Source: an uncultured Candidatus Saccharibacteria bacterium
Lineage (GTDB): Bacteria; Patescibacteriota; Minisyncoccia; Phycocordibacterales; UBA2100
DNA length: 64,000 bases
Direction of reading: 5' to 3'
Assembly (NCBI GenBank): GCA_964623775.1
Contig: CAZUVH010000006.1
Location: forward strand, 4,256-68,255
The notes under the pieces are model-generated. The model made no database searches, had not been told where the DNA came from, and was given only the letters and a program-made list of their open reading frames with translations. Positions 22,181 through 32,174 of this stretch are shown in pieces. The position numbers were made by a program, and so were the translations under genes. Positions within the stretch are counted from its first letter, which is position 1, and each line of letters opens with the position of its first letter.

Positions 22181-22840
22181 ATGAAAACGCCTCGTGAGAT
22201 CTACGCGGCATACAAGATCATGCCGAATTTGCAGCTCCACCAGCTGCGTGTCGCGGCAGTGGGGAAGCGTATCGCCGAGAGTGCGCCCTACGCCCTTGAT
22301 GTGAATTCGATCGTTCTCGCAAGCCTTTTTCACGACATGGGTAACATCATAAAATCTGATTTTTCCGTTTTCCCCGAATTCGCAGAGCCGGAGGGTGTCG
22401 AGCATTGGGAAAAGGTAAAAGCAGACTTTATTCAAAAATACGGACAGAAAACTCATCGGGCCAATGTCATGATCGCTCAGGAGCTAAAGCTCTCGCGGCG
22501 GGTGGTCGATATTATCGATGCGGTCGGCTTTTCAAATATCAAAAACGTCTCAGATGCCGACTTGTGGGAAGAGAAGATCGTGGAATATTCGGATTGTCGC
22601 GTAGGACCCAAGGGCGTGCTTTCCCTCAAAGACCGTCACGAAGAGGCGCATCATCGGTACATGTCACATATGCCGCAGAGTGAAAAGTATTCAGAAGATG
22701 AATATATGCAATTGATCGCTTCGGCCGCGGCGATTGAGACCCAAATCTTCGCCATGAGCCTGATCGCTCCGTCCGACATAACCGACGCCGCGATCGCACC
22801 GATCATTGAGCAATTGTGGGACTATCCCGTCACGGCGTAG
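22181..22840 (+). CDS. HD-domain protein
   Basis: HQLRVA...LFHDMGN...YSDCR. Confidence 0.82.
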   Translation: MKTPREIYAAYKIMPNLQLHQLRVAAVGKRIAESAPYALDVNSIVLASLFHDMGNIIKSDFSVFPEFAEPEGVEHWEKVKADFIQKYGQKTHRANVMIAQELKLSRRVVDIIDAVGFSNIKNVSDADLWEEKIVEYSDCRVGPKGVLSLKDRHEEAHHRYMSHMPQSEKYSEDEYMQLIASAAAIETQIFAMSLIAPSDITDAAIAPIIEQLWDYPVTA

Positions 22841-22871
22841 AAAAGCAATACCTGTAAGATATAATGGTCTA

Positions 22872-23468
22872 ATGTTATCGAAGGATGCATTGGAGGAGCT
22901 TTACTTACAAAAAAGACTGCCGGTATCGTTCATAGCTAGTCGATTAAAATGCTCGGAAGGCAAGATAAATTACTGGCTTGCCGAGTATAAAATTCAAAAA
23001 CGAACGATCAGCGACGCCATATACAACAAATGGAATCCGCTGGGAGACCCTTTCTCAATAAAGAAACCAAGAACGATTGAGCAGGCCATCCTTTACGGTA
23101 TCGGAATCGGACTGTACTGGGGTGAGGGCACGAAAAGTAATAAAGTCTCAGTCCGACTAGGTAACACCGATCCGCGACTGATAAAAAAATTCATTCAATT
23201 TCTAACAAACATATATCAGATCGATAAAAGGAAGCTACACTTCGGGCTGCAGATTTTTTCAGACATGAACGCCGATGTGGCACTTGATTTCTGGACATCC
23301 GCATTAAAAATTTCTCGGAAACAATTCTACAAAGTAATCGTTACTCCGTATCGCGGGGTAGGGAACTATCGCCAGAAAACAAAACACGGTGTTCTTACGG
23401 TTTACTTCAACAACAGAAAATTGCGTGATATTATCTGCCATGCCATCGAAGAACAATCGATGAGCTAA
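22872..23468 (+). CDS. LAGLIDADG-like endonuclease with N-terminal HTH
   Basis: LEELYL..SFIASRLKCSEGKINYWL (HTH); GIGLYWGEGTK; NTDPRLIKKF; stop ends 1 nt before tRNA-Thr; TATAAT 7 nt before ATG. Confidence 0.72.
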   Translation: MLSKDALEELYLQKRLPVSFIASRLKCSEGKINYWLAEYKIQKRTISDAIYNKWNPLGDPFSIKKPRTIEQAILYGIGIGLYWGEGTKSNKVSVRLGNTDPRLIKKFIQFLTNIYQIDKRKLHFGLQIFSDMNADVALDFWTSALKISRKQFYKVIVTPYRGVGNYRQKTKHGVLTVYFNNRKLRDIICHAIEEQSMS

Positions 23469-23726
23469 GCCGACGTAGCTCAGTTGGTAGAGCACGTCCT
23501 TGGTAAAGAAAATTGCCCGCTGGTGGAGCAATCTACCAGATGTAACTCGAATAACGGTTAAAGGCCTCCCGGAGGTTCAGACCGTGGCGAATCGACCGGA
23601 TTCGCCCGAACGACTGACAAGAGCGACTCACGTAGTCGAATATACAGTCTAATCCTCTGATAATTCATAAACAGAGGTAGGAAATGAAGGACGAGGTCAC
23701 CGGTTCAATCCCGGTCGTCGGCTCCA
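23469..23726 (+). tRNA. tRNA-Thr (GGT) split by a group I intron; exons 23469-23504 and 23687-23726
   Basis: Joined exons give GCCGACG..CGTCC-TTGGT^AA-GGACG..GGTTCAATCC..CGTCGGC-T-CCA. Confidence 0.92.
23505..23686 (+). ncRNA. Group I intron (182 nt) at position 36/37
   Basis: Exon ends in U, intron ends in G; P1 GGU/GCC with U.G; P7 GAACGACUG / AAUAUACAGUC; P9-like CCUCUG/CAGAGG. Confidence 0.85.
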
Positions 23727-23781
23727 AATGCTAGGGCTATATGCAGGCCACTTTAAAAAATTAAAGTGGTATGATGTTACG

Positions 23782-24267
23782 ATGAACGCAAAGAAGCCCA
23801 GGACCCCGTGTCGCAATTGTGGTAAAGAGCCTTATCGTTCATACTACAAATACTGCAGCAACGTGTGTCAGATCGAATACCAATTCACACTCTATATCGC
23901 AAGATGGAAAAGAGGAGAGGTGAGCGGTTTGCAGACTATCGGTACTGTCTCGCCGCATCTCAAAAGATACCTTCGTCAGAAATTTGGAAACAAGTGTTGT
24001 TTATGCGGATGGGCCGCTGTCAATAAAAAAACCGGCCTCGTTCCGCTTGTTGCCGATCATATAGATGGAGATTGGCGAAACAATATCGAGGATAATCTAA
24101 GGCTCTTGTGCCCCAATTGTGATTCACTCAGTCCCACCTTTGCAGCTTTGAACAAAGGTAACGGAAGAAAGAACCGGGCAGTAAGTAATCGCGTCAAAGA
24201 AGGTCGTATGCTGATTGAAAAACAACGCATTAAGAGAAAGATCCGCGTATTACCGTATTCTGTTTGA
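23782..24267 (+). CDS. HNH endonuclease
   Basis: CxxC zinc pairs; ADHIDGDWRNN..NLRLLCPNC; lies between two tRNA-Thr genes. Confidence 0.88.
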   Translation: MNAKKPRTPCRNCGKEPYRSYYKYCSNVCQIEYQFTLYIARWKRGEVSGLQTIGTVSPHLKRYLRQKFGNKCCLCGWAAVNKKTGLVPLVADHIDGDWRNNIEDNLRLLCPNCDSLSPTFAALNKGNGRKNRAVSNRVKEGRMLIEKQRIKRKIRVLPYSV

Positions 24268-24304
24268 ATGAGTCATGATGTGCTATATTCTTATCTCATA
24301 CACT

Positions 24305-24377
24305 GCCGCCTTAGCTCAGTTGGTAGAGCACAGCTTTCGTAAAGCTGGGGTCCGGAGTTCGATCCTCCGAGGCGGCT
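24305..24377 (+). tRNA. tRNA-Thr (CGT)
   Basis: GCCGCCT..CAGCT-TTCGTAA-AGCTG..GAGTTCGATCCTC..AGGCGGC-T. Confidence 0.93.
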
Positions 24378-24396
24378 CAGGTTATACTTAACAACC

Positions 24397-25395
24397 ATGA
24401 TCAAAAGATTTTTATTCGCTTTTTGGGGTCCGATTCTTGCAACGATAGTCGGGCTCATTGCAGTCGCTCTGTGGGGTGGGGTCACCGCATTCGTGATTGC
24501 AATCCTGCTCGTGATTCTTGAAGTCACGCTCTCGTTCGACAACGCCGTCGTCAATGCAAAAGTACTAAAGCAATTGTCTGAGAAATGGCAGCACCGATTC
24601 CTCACATGGGGTATTTTCGTCTCGGTCGTCCTGACACGAGCACTGTTGCCGATCGCGATTGTCGCGATATCGACCGGCGTTTCCTATTTCACGATCGCGC
24701 ACATCGCGCTCTATGACTCAGAGCACTATGCCGAGCTCCTTGAAGGCGCGCACATTATCATCTCGGCATTCGGCGGCATTTTCCTGACCATCGTCGGCCT
24801 CAGGTACTTCTTCGATAAAGAAAAACAAGTGCATTGGATTCAGTCGGTCGAGAAGAAACTGGCCGAATGGGGGACGATCGAATCTGTCGTTATCGGCCTC
24901 GCGCTCCTCATCCTTTTCATAATCGCGTTTGCACTACCCGATCACCGCACCGAAGTCTTGTTCTCGGGGCTCGCAGGCGTGCTGGTATTCATCGTATTGC
25001 AGGGAATCATCAGTGCGTTTGGCGCCGAGTCGTACAAAATGCATCACACTGGCTTCGCACTTTTCGCGTATCTCAACGTCCTCGACGCAGCCTTCTCTCT
25101 CGATAGCGTCGTCGGAGCATTCGCGCTCTCGACGCAGCTTCCCGTCATCATCGTCGGCCTCGGCGCGGGTGCGTATTTCGTCCGATCACTCACCGTCTAC
25201 ATGGTGCAACACAAAGTCCTCGATGAACTCATATACATCGAGCACGGAGCGCACTGGGCGATCCTCGGTCTTGCCGGCGCGATGCTCGGGAGCATGTTCA
25301 TTAATTTGCCCGAGCCCATCACGGGCTTGATCGGTCTCACGCTCGTCATACTCGCGTACATTTCTTCGATTAAAATCGAAAACAAGACCCTATAA
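24397..25395 (+). CDS. DUF475 / TerC-like membrane protein
   Basis: LEVTLSFDNAVVNA, LDAAFSLD, IEHGAHWAI. Confidence 0.85.
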   Translation: MIKRFLFAFWGPILATIVGLIAVALWGGVTAFVIAILLVILEVTLSFDNAVVNAKVLKQLSEKWQHRFLTWGIFVSVVLTRALLPIAIVAISTGVSYFTIAHIALYDSEHYAELLEGAHIIISAFGGIFLTIVGLRYFFDKEKQVHWIQSVEKKLAEWGTIESVVIGLALLILFIIAFALPDHRTEVLFSGLAGVLVFIVLQGIISAFGAESYKMHHTGFALFAYLNVLDAAFSLDSVVGAFALSTQLPVIIVGLGAGAYFVRSLTVYMVQHKVLDELIYIEHGAHWAILGLAGAMLGSMFINLPEPITGLIGLTLVILAYISSIKIENKTL

Positions 25396-25410
25396 GGGTA
25401 TACTCGAGAG

Positions 25411-26319
25411 ATGCCGAAAGATAAAATCGAGGCGCGCATCAAAGAGATAGAGGGAGCGATGGGAAGCCCCGATTTTTGGAATGATAAAGACAGGGCGCAG
25501 GCAGTACTCAAGGAATATCAGGATTTGAAGGCCAAGCTTGCGGGTGGAGGGGGATACGACAAGAGTGACGCGATCGTCACGATCGTCTCCGGCGCTGGAG
25601 GCGACGATGCGGAGGATTTCTCGCGCATGCTTTTTTCCATGTACGGCAAATACGTAGCGGGCCGCGGATGGCGCATCTCAATGCTCTCGTCCAATGAAAA
25701 TTCAATGGGTGGATTTCGAAGTGTTTCGTTTGAGGTAATCGGTGGCGGAGCCTACGGTGCGCTCAAGAACGAGGCGGGCGTCCATCGCCTTGTGCGCATG
25801 TCACCGTTCAATTCCGCCGGCAAACGCCAGACATCATTTTCACTCGTCGAGGTCCTGCCGAAGCTCCCAGATGTAGGAGAGGCGCATGTCCCCGAGAGCG
25901 ATCTCGAGATCACCGTGGCCCGCTCAGGCGGCCCTGGTGGGCAGAATGTGAATAAGCGTGACACTGCGGTGCGCATGACGCACAGGCCGACCGGCATCTC
26001 CGTGCATGTCACGAGCGAGCGCAGCCAGGTACAAAACAAAGAGAAGGCGCTCGAAATGATCCGCGGCAAACTCTTCCAGATGAAACAGGAGGCCCAGCTG
26101 CGCGAATCACGCGGCCTCTCCGTCGCCTCGAGCACCAAGATCGAGTGGGGGAGTCAGATCCGCTCCTATGTGCTCCACCCATACCAGTTGGTCAAAGACC
26201 ACCGCACCAATCATGAAGAGAGAAACGTCGATAAGGTGCTTGAGGGCAGCATTCAGCCATTTATTGATGCAGAAAAAGATCTGGAACACGGCGCTATTAT
26301 AGAGAACACGGACGTTTAG
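25411..26319 (+). CDS. prfB: Peptide chain release factor 2 (shortened N-terminal domain)
   Basis: SPF and GGQ motifs, [20 protein letters not shown]. Confidence 0.92.
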   Translation: MPKDKIEARIKEIEGAMGSPDFWNDKDRAQAVLKEYQDLKAKLAGGGGYDKSDAIVTIVSGAGGDDAEDFSRMLFSMYGKYVAGRGWRISMLSSNENSMGGFRSVSFEVIGGGAYGALKNEAGVHRLVRMSPFNSAGKRQTSFSLVEVLPKLPDVGEAHVPESDLEITVARSGGPGGQNVNKRDTAVRMTHRPTGISVHVTSERSQVQNKEKALEMIRGKLFQMKQEAQLRESRGLSVASSTKIEWGSQIRSYVLHPYQLVKDHRTNHEERNVDKVLEGSIQPFIDAEKDLEHGAIIENTDV

Positions 26320-26351
26320 TAAGATCGAATCAACGGAGTTACAATATTTTC

Positions 26352-26720
26352 ATGTCTTTAAATGAAGCTCCGAGAATAGTTCAAGGTGAACGTACACAGG
26401 AAAAAATCAGAAATGCCGCAGTTTTGTACAAAGGAAAAATATATGAGGGTGCTAGCCATGGACACGCTTTCGGCGAGCTTTTAAAGGAGTTAAAAATTAG
26501 CGACCCAGAATTGTTTAAAAAAGTGCATGGTGACGAATTCGAGCTTGTTACGATATTAGAGGCCGAGGAGGGTGGTTCAAGCAATTTTGAGGGTTTTGTC
26601 ACAAATACTGGCAGATACGTCGGCAGATCTGAGGCGACCGTCATCGCCGAACGAGCACGACAGCTGAAAAAACGAAAAGATTTGGGCAGCGACCTGTACT
26701 CCGAAGATTTGGTCGGCTGA
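26352..26720 (+). CDS. Hypothetical protein
   Basis: 122 aa, AT-richer; EGFVTNTGRYVGRSEA; TACAAT upstream. Confidence 0.65.
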   Translation: MSLNEAPRIVQGERTQEKIRNAAVLYKGKIYEGASHGHAFGELLKELKISDPELFKKVHGDEFELVTILEAEEGGSSNFEGFVTNTGRYVGRSEATVIAERARQLKKRKDLGSDLYSEDLVG

Positions 26721-26794
26721 GTCACAGTTCCTGTCCCGTTAAAAATGAATTTTCACGATTCGCACATTAGGCGGTATAATTATCTGCGTTGTTT

Positions 26795-27478
26795 ATGATC
26801 TATTACGACAAGGTTACGAAGCAGTACGCAGACACCGCGCTCCCCGCGGTCGCAGATATCAACCTTCATATAGAGCCGGGAGAATTCGTCTCAATCGTGG
26901 GTCACTCCGGCGCGGGCAAGACGACACTCCTCAAGATGCTTTTTGCGGAAGTGTATCCTACCGAGGGCACGGTGCATTTCGGCTCTCACGATATCGCCAA
27001 GTTGAAAAACGGCGATCTTCTCCGATTGCGCCGCAATATCGGCACTATTTTTCAGGACTTCCGGCTTCTTCCCACAAAAACTGTTTATGAAAATATCGCA
27101 TTCGCACTCGAAGTGGCGGGCAAATCCGACGAAGATATCGAGGCCGATGTGCCGCACGTGCTTGATCTCGTGGGCTTAAGCGAGAAGATCTGGAGTTTCC
27201 CCAACGCACTCTCCGGAGGGGAGCAACAGCGAGTCGCGATCGCCCGCGCAATCGTCAATCAGCCCGATGTTCTTATTGCCGATGAGCCGACGGGTAATCT
27301 TGATCCGATCAATACACACGATGTCGTCGGTATCCTCAAGAAGATCAATGACTTGGGCACGACCGTCATTCTCACGACGCACAATAAATCCGTCGTCGAT
27401 TCCGTGGGTCGCCGCGTGGTCACCATGGATCAGGGCAGGATCGTGCGTGACGATCGGCAGGGGAAATACGTCTTGTGA
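26795..27478 (+). CDS. ftsE: Cell division ATP-binding protein FtsE
   Basis: GHSGAGKTT, IFQDFRLL, LSGGEQQRVAIARA; upstream of ftsX. Confidence 0.93.
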   Translation: MIYYDKVTKQYADTALPAVADINLHIEPGEFVSIVGHSGAGKTTLLKMLFAEVYPTEGTVHFGSHDIAKLKNGDLLRLRRNIGTIFQDFRLLPTKTVYENIAFALEVAGKSDEDIEADVPHVLDLVGLSEKIWSFPNALSGGEQQRVAIARAIVNQPDVLIADEPTGNLDPINTHDVVGILKKINDLGTTVILTTHNKSVVDSVGRRVVTMDQGRIVRDDRQGKYVL

Positions 27479-27511
27479 AATAACGAGCCGAAGGCGACTA
27501 TATTTCACTAG

Positions 27512-27625
27512 ACCCAGCACCACTTTTGTATGCACAGCAATTTTCCACCTAGCAACCTCGTTGAGAGCGTTCCAACCAACGCGTATAATGTACCTATGGT
27601 TTTGTATACAAAAGTGGTGCTGGGT
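27512..27625. repeat. Inverted-repeat element (ACCCAGCACC family), MITE-like
   Basis: acccagcaccacttttgtatgca...tgtatacaaaagtggtgctgggt terminal inverted repeats. Confidence 0.82.
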
Positions 27626-27668
27626 GTAAGAGTTTCTAAGCTCGTAATACTCGTTAAGAATCTCTAAC

Positions 27669-28598
27669 ATGGCTCTCTGGGTTAATGTCAAACGTGTCAC
27701 TCGCTATGGCCTCATTGGTTTCATACGCAACGGCTTCGTCTCACTCTCGGCGATCCTGATCATGACGATCACGCTCTTCGTGGTCGCCTCGCTCCTCATC
27801 TCGGGAGCGGCACTGCGCTCTGTGCTCGCTGACCTCACGAGCAAGGTGGACGTAACGGTTTATTTTCTTCCCACTGCTGCGCAGTCGCAGATAGACAATG
27901 CAAAGAGAGATCTTGAGAGCCTGCCGCAGGTTGCCTCCGTCACGTATGAGAGCCCCGAGCAAGCGCTTGAGCAATTCAGGGAGCGTCACAAGGGTAATCA
28001 GGTAGAGCTGCAGGCGCTCGATCTCTTGAGCAGCAATCCCTTCGGTGCGGCGCTCGAGATTCGCGCCAAGCAGACCTCTCAATACGAGAGCATTGCAAAG
28101 TACCTCAGTGATAAGCAGGCCTCCGATCAGGCGCTCGCCTCCGCTATTCACGACGTCAATTTCTACCAAAACAAAACCGCAATCGATCGACTCACGGCCA
28201 TCATAGAAACAAGTCAGCGTCTTGGAGTTGCACTTGCCATCGTGCTCGGACTCTCCTCGCTCCTCATCGCATTCAACACTGTGCGCCTCGCCATCTACAC
28301 GGCACGCGACGAGATCGGCGTGATGAATCTTGTCGGTGCGGGCCACTGGTTCGTGCGCGGCCCCTTTATGATCGCGGGCATATTGTACGGAGCCGTGAGC
28401 GGCGTCATCGTCCTCGCGGTCATGTATCCACTTGCCGCCTGGATCGGCCCTGCTTCTGAGCAATTTTTCGGCACGTTCAACGTCTTTACGTACTTCATCA
28501 GCTCATTCGCATTTCTTTTCTTTGTCGTGATGGGTTCCGGCATCGTTCTCGGCGCGCTATCCAGCTATCTGGCAGTACGTAGGTATTTGTACACGTAA
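27669..28598 (+). CDS. ftsX: Cell division permease FtsX
   Basis: NTVRLAIYTARDEIGVMNLVGA..FVRGPF; four TM segments. Confidence 0.92.
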   Translation: MALWVNVKRVTRYGLIGFIRNGFVSLSAILIMTITLFVVASLLISGAALRSVLADLTSKVDVTVYFLPTAAQSQIDNAKRDLESLPQVASVTYESPEQALEQFRERHKGNQVELQALDLLSSNPFGAALEIRAKQTSQYESIAKYLSDKQASDQALASAIHDVNFYQNKTAIDRLTAIIETSQRLGVALAIVLGLSSLLIAFNTVRLAIYTARDEIGVMNLVGAGHWFVRGPFMIAGILYGAVSGVIVLAVMYPLAAWIGPASEQFFGTFNVFTYFISSFAFLFFVVMGSGIVLGALSSYLAVRRYLYT

Positions 28599-28602
28599 AA
28601 TT

Positions 28603-30249
28603 ATGGCCGAAGCGAGCGCAAATCCGAAATACATTTTCGTAGTTGGCGGAGTCATGTCCGGCATCGGCAAGGGTGTCGCCTCATCCTCTATTGCTCGCAT
28701 ACTCAAATCCAAGGGCTACAAAGTGACTGCCATCAAGATCGATCCATATATCAACGTCGATGCGGGCACCATGAATCCGACAGAGCATGGCGAGGTCTTT
28801 GTCCTCGACGACGGATACGAGACAGACCAAGACATGGGCAATTACGAGCGTTTCCTCGATGAATCGCTGCCGTCGATCAACTACATGACGACCGGTCGCG
28901 TGTATCAGGAAGTCATCCGCCGCGAGAGGAACCTCGAATACAAAGGCAAGAATGTCGAGGTCGTTCCCGATGTACCACTCGAAGTCATTCGTCGCATACA
29001 GGAGGCGCAAAAGGCCGCCAAGTCCGACGTCACGATCATCGAGATCGGCGGTACGATCGGTGAGTATCAAAACATTATTTTCCTCGAAGCGGCCCGCATG
29101 CTCAAAAATAGATTCCCGCGCGACGTGGCGGTCGTTATGGTCTCATACCTGCCGGTGCCGGGAAATATCGGCGAAATGAAGACGAAGCCCACACAATATG
29201 CAGCGCGAAGCCTCAATTCGGTAGGACTCCAGGCCGACGTGATTTTGGCGCGCGCGTCGACCGCAATAGATGCAAAACGCAAGGAAAAAATCGCGATCTT
29301 CTGCAACATCAATCCGGATCACGTAATCTCTGCTCCCGATCTCCAAACCATCTACGAGGCCCCGCTCAATTACGAGAAAGATGGCATGGGCGATATTCTC
29401 TGTGACGTTCTCGGACTCGAGAAACGCAAGACCGACCTGTCGGACTGGGAAGCGTTTGTCAAAAAGATAAAGAATGGCAGCAGGGAAATAAAGATTGCTG
29501 TCGTTGGCAAATACTTCATGTCGGGCGAGTACGTCCTCTCGGATGTGTATATTTCAGTCATCGAGGCTATCAAGCATGCGGCGGCGTATCAGGATGTGAA
29601 AGTATCGCTCGCGTATCTTGATTCCGAAGAATACGAGCGTGATCCCAAGAAGCTTGAGGAGTTGCGGCAGTACGCCGGAATCGTCGTTCCCGGAGGTTTT
29701 GGTTCGCGCGGCGTTGAGGGGATTGTGCAGGCGATCAAATTCGTTCGTGAAAACAAAATCCCGTACCTCGGTCTTTGCTACGGCATGCAGTGGATGGTCG
29801 TCGAATGTGCGCGCAACATGGCAGGCCTCAAAGACGCCAACACCGCCGAGGTCAATAAAGACGCGCCGCATCCGGTCATCGACATCATGGAGGATCAGAA
29901 AGAAAAGGTCATCAAGCAAGATTTTGGCGGTACGATGCGCCTCGGCACGTACCCATGCGCACTTACTCCAGGGAGCGTGGCACGCGAGGCGTATGGGAAA
30001 GACCAAATCGACGAGCGTCACCGCCACCGCTACGAAGTAAATCCAAAGTATATTGAGCAGATCGAAAAAGCCGGACTTGTCTTCAGTGGGAAGTCCCCAT
30101 CGGGCGTTCTTATGGAAATAGCCGAATTGCCCAAGAACGTACACCCATTTTTCGTCGGATCACAATTCCATCCCGAGCTTCTCTCGCGCCCACTTTCTCC
30201 GCACCCGCTTTTCACTGCGTTCATCAAGGCTGCCTCGAAAGCACGTTGA
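28603..30249 (+). CDS. pyrG: CTP synthase
   Basis: GGVMSGIGKG, KIDPYINVDAGTM, KTKPTQ, GLCYGMQ, ERHRHRYE. Confidence 0.97.
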   Translation: MAEASANPKYIFVVGGVMSGIGKGVASSSIARILKSKGYKVTAIKIDPYINVDAGTMNPTEHGEVFVLDDGYETDQDMGNYERFLDESLPSINYMTTGRVYQEVIRRERNLEYKGKNVEVVPDVPLEVIRRIQEAQKAAKSDVTIIEIGGTIGEYQNIIFLEAARMLKNRFPRDVAVVMVSYLPVPGNIGEMKTKPTQYAARSLNSVGLQADVILARASTAIDAKRKEKIAIFCNINPDHVISAPDLQTIYEAPLNYEKDGMGDILCDVLGLEKRKTDLSDWEAFVKKIKNGSREIKIAVVGKYFMSGEYVLSDVYISVIEAIKHAAAYQDVKVSLAYLDSEEYERDPKKLEELRQYAGIVVPGGFGSRGVEGIVQAIKFVRENKIPYLGLCYGMQWMVVECARNMAGLKDANTAEVNKDAPHPVIDIMEDQKEKVIKQDFGGTMRLGTYPCALTPGSVAREAYGKDQIDERHRHRYEVNPKYIEQIEKAGLVFSGKSPSGVLMEIAELPKNVHPFFVGSQFHPELLSRPLSPHPLFTAFIKAASKAR

Positions 30250-31322
30250 TCAATTCTATGCGTGAAGGTGGTCGACAGGATTGGAAGAGACCCTCGTCTT
30301 CGCCTCGGGAAAAGCAACGACCGCCGGCGGAAGTGTTGCGGGAACGCGCCCGAAAAGGCGAATGGGATCCTGATATCTGGTATCAACAGATGATGGACTC
30401 GGGCATGGTAGCTACGGAAGAAGACGCTCTAATATCGCGAAGAAAATTCCTGCTCGGTGCGGGAGCGGTTGCCGCAACACTCGTAATAGACAATGTCGGC
30501 AAATTCACTCCGCTCGCAAAATGGCTTGATGACAAAGTTGTGGGTCAGTACGACTACGATGCGGAAGTCAGTCGGGCGAAAAGCTATCTCAAGGAAAGAT
30601 ATGGTATTGACCTCGTAATGGGGGAGGACAAAAATAGAGAGCAAATTTTAGGTGACCCAGTGACTCTGGAAAAATACCGAACGACACTTCGAATTCTCTT
30701 TCAAGAAATATCAAAATATCCTCCTGAGATGATCCATAAGATGAGAGAAGGGCGTGTTTTCGAAATTCGAATAGTTCATACGCTCTACCGTAAAGATATA
30801 GGTAATCCGGATATACCACCAAAGCGTGTAGCGGGCACAGCTCTATGGCCCTCAGAAAAAGGGCCGACAAGAGTTGCCTTAGATGCGGGCTTTGACGAGT
30901 TTTTTCAAAGAAAAAACATCCATCACGAACTTAACCACAAGTTTGCTGAACGTAATTGGCAAGAAAGGGATAAAAAATGGGTTAGTTTTCATGCCGCAGT
31001 GTCGGTGAAACCATATCACCCAGAAAGTGCGAACGTATCGTCGGACGTGATGGCCGAAGAGCGCTACTTCCTAACTAAATATGCGTCATCAGCACCGCCT
31101 GAAGATCAAGCCGTTTGTGCAGAGTGGATGATGACGCCTTCTTTACATGTTATTTTTCTTGACCGATGGCGGAACGAAAAGGACCCAGTCACAAAAGATA
31201 TTCTTGCGGCAAAATACATTGAGACAAAGAAGAATTACTCTGACTGGAGCGATGGGAAAATAGGGGATGCTTTTTGGGAATCAATCATTGCGCAGGGCGA
31301 GAAGGAGAGAGGGTCAAAATAA
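30246..31322 (+). CDS. Putative zincin-like metallopeptidase
   Basis: HHELNH motif, TKYASSAPPED; SRRKFL plus hydrophobic stretch. Confidence 0.6.
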   Translation: MINSMREGGRQDWKRPSSSPREKQRPPAEVLRERARKGEWDPDIWYQQMMDSGMVATEEDALISRRKFLLGAGAVAATLVIDNVGKFTPLAKWLDDKVVGQYDYDAEVSRAKSYLKERYGIDLVMGEDKNREQILGDPVTLEKYRTTLRILFQEISKYPPEMIHKMREGRVFEIRIVHTLYRKDIGNPDIPPKRVAGTALWPSEKGPTRVALDAGFDEFFQRKNIHHELNHKFAERNWQERDKKWVSFHAAVSVKPYHPESANVSSDVMAEERYFLTKYASSAPPEDQAVCAEWMMTPSLHVIFLDRWRNEKDPVTKDILAAKYIETKKNYSDWSDGKIGDAFWESIIAQGEKERGSK

Positions 31323-31383
31323 GGTCATTGCGCAGTGCCCCTGGCGCGTTATATTTGCACAAGACAATCAAGGGGTATGACCG

Positions 31384-32118
31384 ATGCGACTCGTTTCGAT
31401 CAATGTCGAACGTTCAAAACATCTCGATAAAGTAATTCCGTTCCTGAAGAGGCTTAATCCTGACGTGGTATGTGTCCAAGAGCTGCTGCAGCGTGATATT
31501 CCACTTTTCGCACAGGTCACCAAAGGCAGCCATGTGTGGGCCCCGAATTGTGCCCATCATCCGGATCCCCCGGATCTTGAGCCGCAGATCATGGGGAGCG
31601 GTATATTTGCGAAAGGGCATGCATGTACGTCGGATGTTCGCTATTACTGCGGATCGTGGCCCAGTGCCATGTCATTCCCGGCAAAAGAATATGTTGAGGA
31701 TCATTGCCTTGTCTGCCTGGATGTCGTCGCGAACGATGGTACGTATCGATTCATGACAACGCATTTCACGTGGTCCCATGGTGGGGAAGCGACGGATCTA
31801 CAGCGCGAGAACATCAAAAATCTTCAACGCCTACTCGAGCAATTCGGAGATTTCATCCTGACCGGAGATTTCAATGCCCCGCGCGGTGGAGAAATTTTCC
31901 GTGAGCTTTCGTCCCGCTACAAAGACAATGTGCCTGCGTGCTACCAGACCAGTATCGACGTGAATTTGCATCGGGCCGGCAAAGTGCGACCACGTGAACT
32001 CAGTGACAAAATGGTCGACGGTCTCTTCACGACACCCGCGTACGCGGCCACGAATGTCGAACTCGTCTTTGGCATCTCCGATCATGCGGCGATCGTCGCG
32101 GATATACATAAGATCTAA
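31384..32118 (+). CDS. Endonuclease/exonuclease/phosphatase family protein
   Basis: SINV, DVVCVQE, LTGDFN, SDH. Confidence 0.88.
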   Translation: MRLVSINVERSKHLDKVIPFLKRLNPDVVCVQELLQRDIPLFAQVTKGSHVWAPNCAHHPDPPDLEPQIMGSGIFAKGHACTSDVRYYCGSWPSAMSFPAKEYVEDHCLVCLDVVANDGTYRFMTTHFTWSHGGEATDLQRENIKNLQRLLEQFGDFILTGDFNAPRGGEIFRELSSRYKDNVPACYQTSIDVNLHRAGKVRPRELSDKMVDGLFTTPAYAATNVELVFGISDHAAIVADIHKI

Positions 32119-32174
32119 TTGTACAAATGCACCCATGCGCAAAGCGTATGGGTGCTTTCTGGCATAATGGGGAA

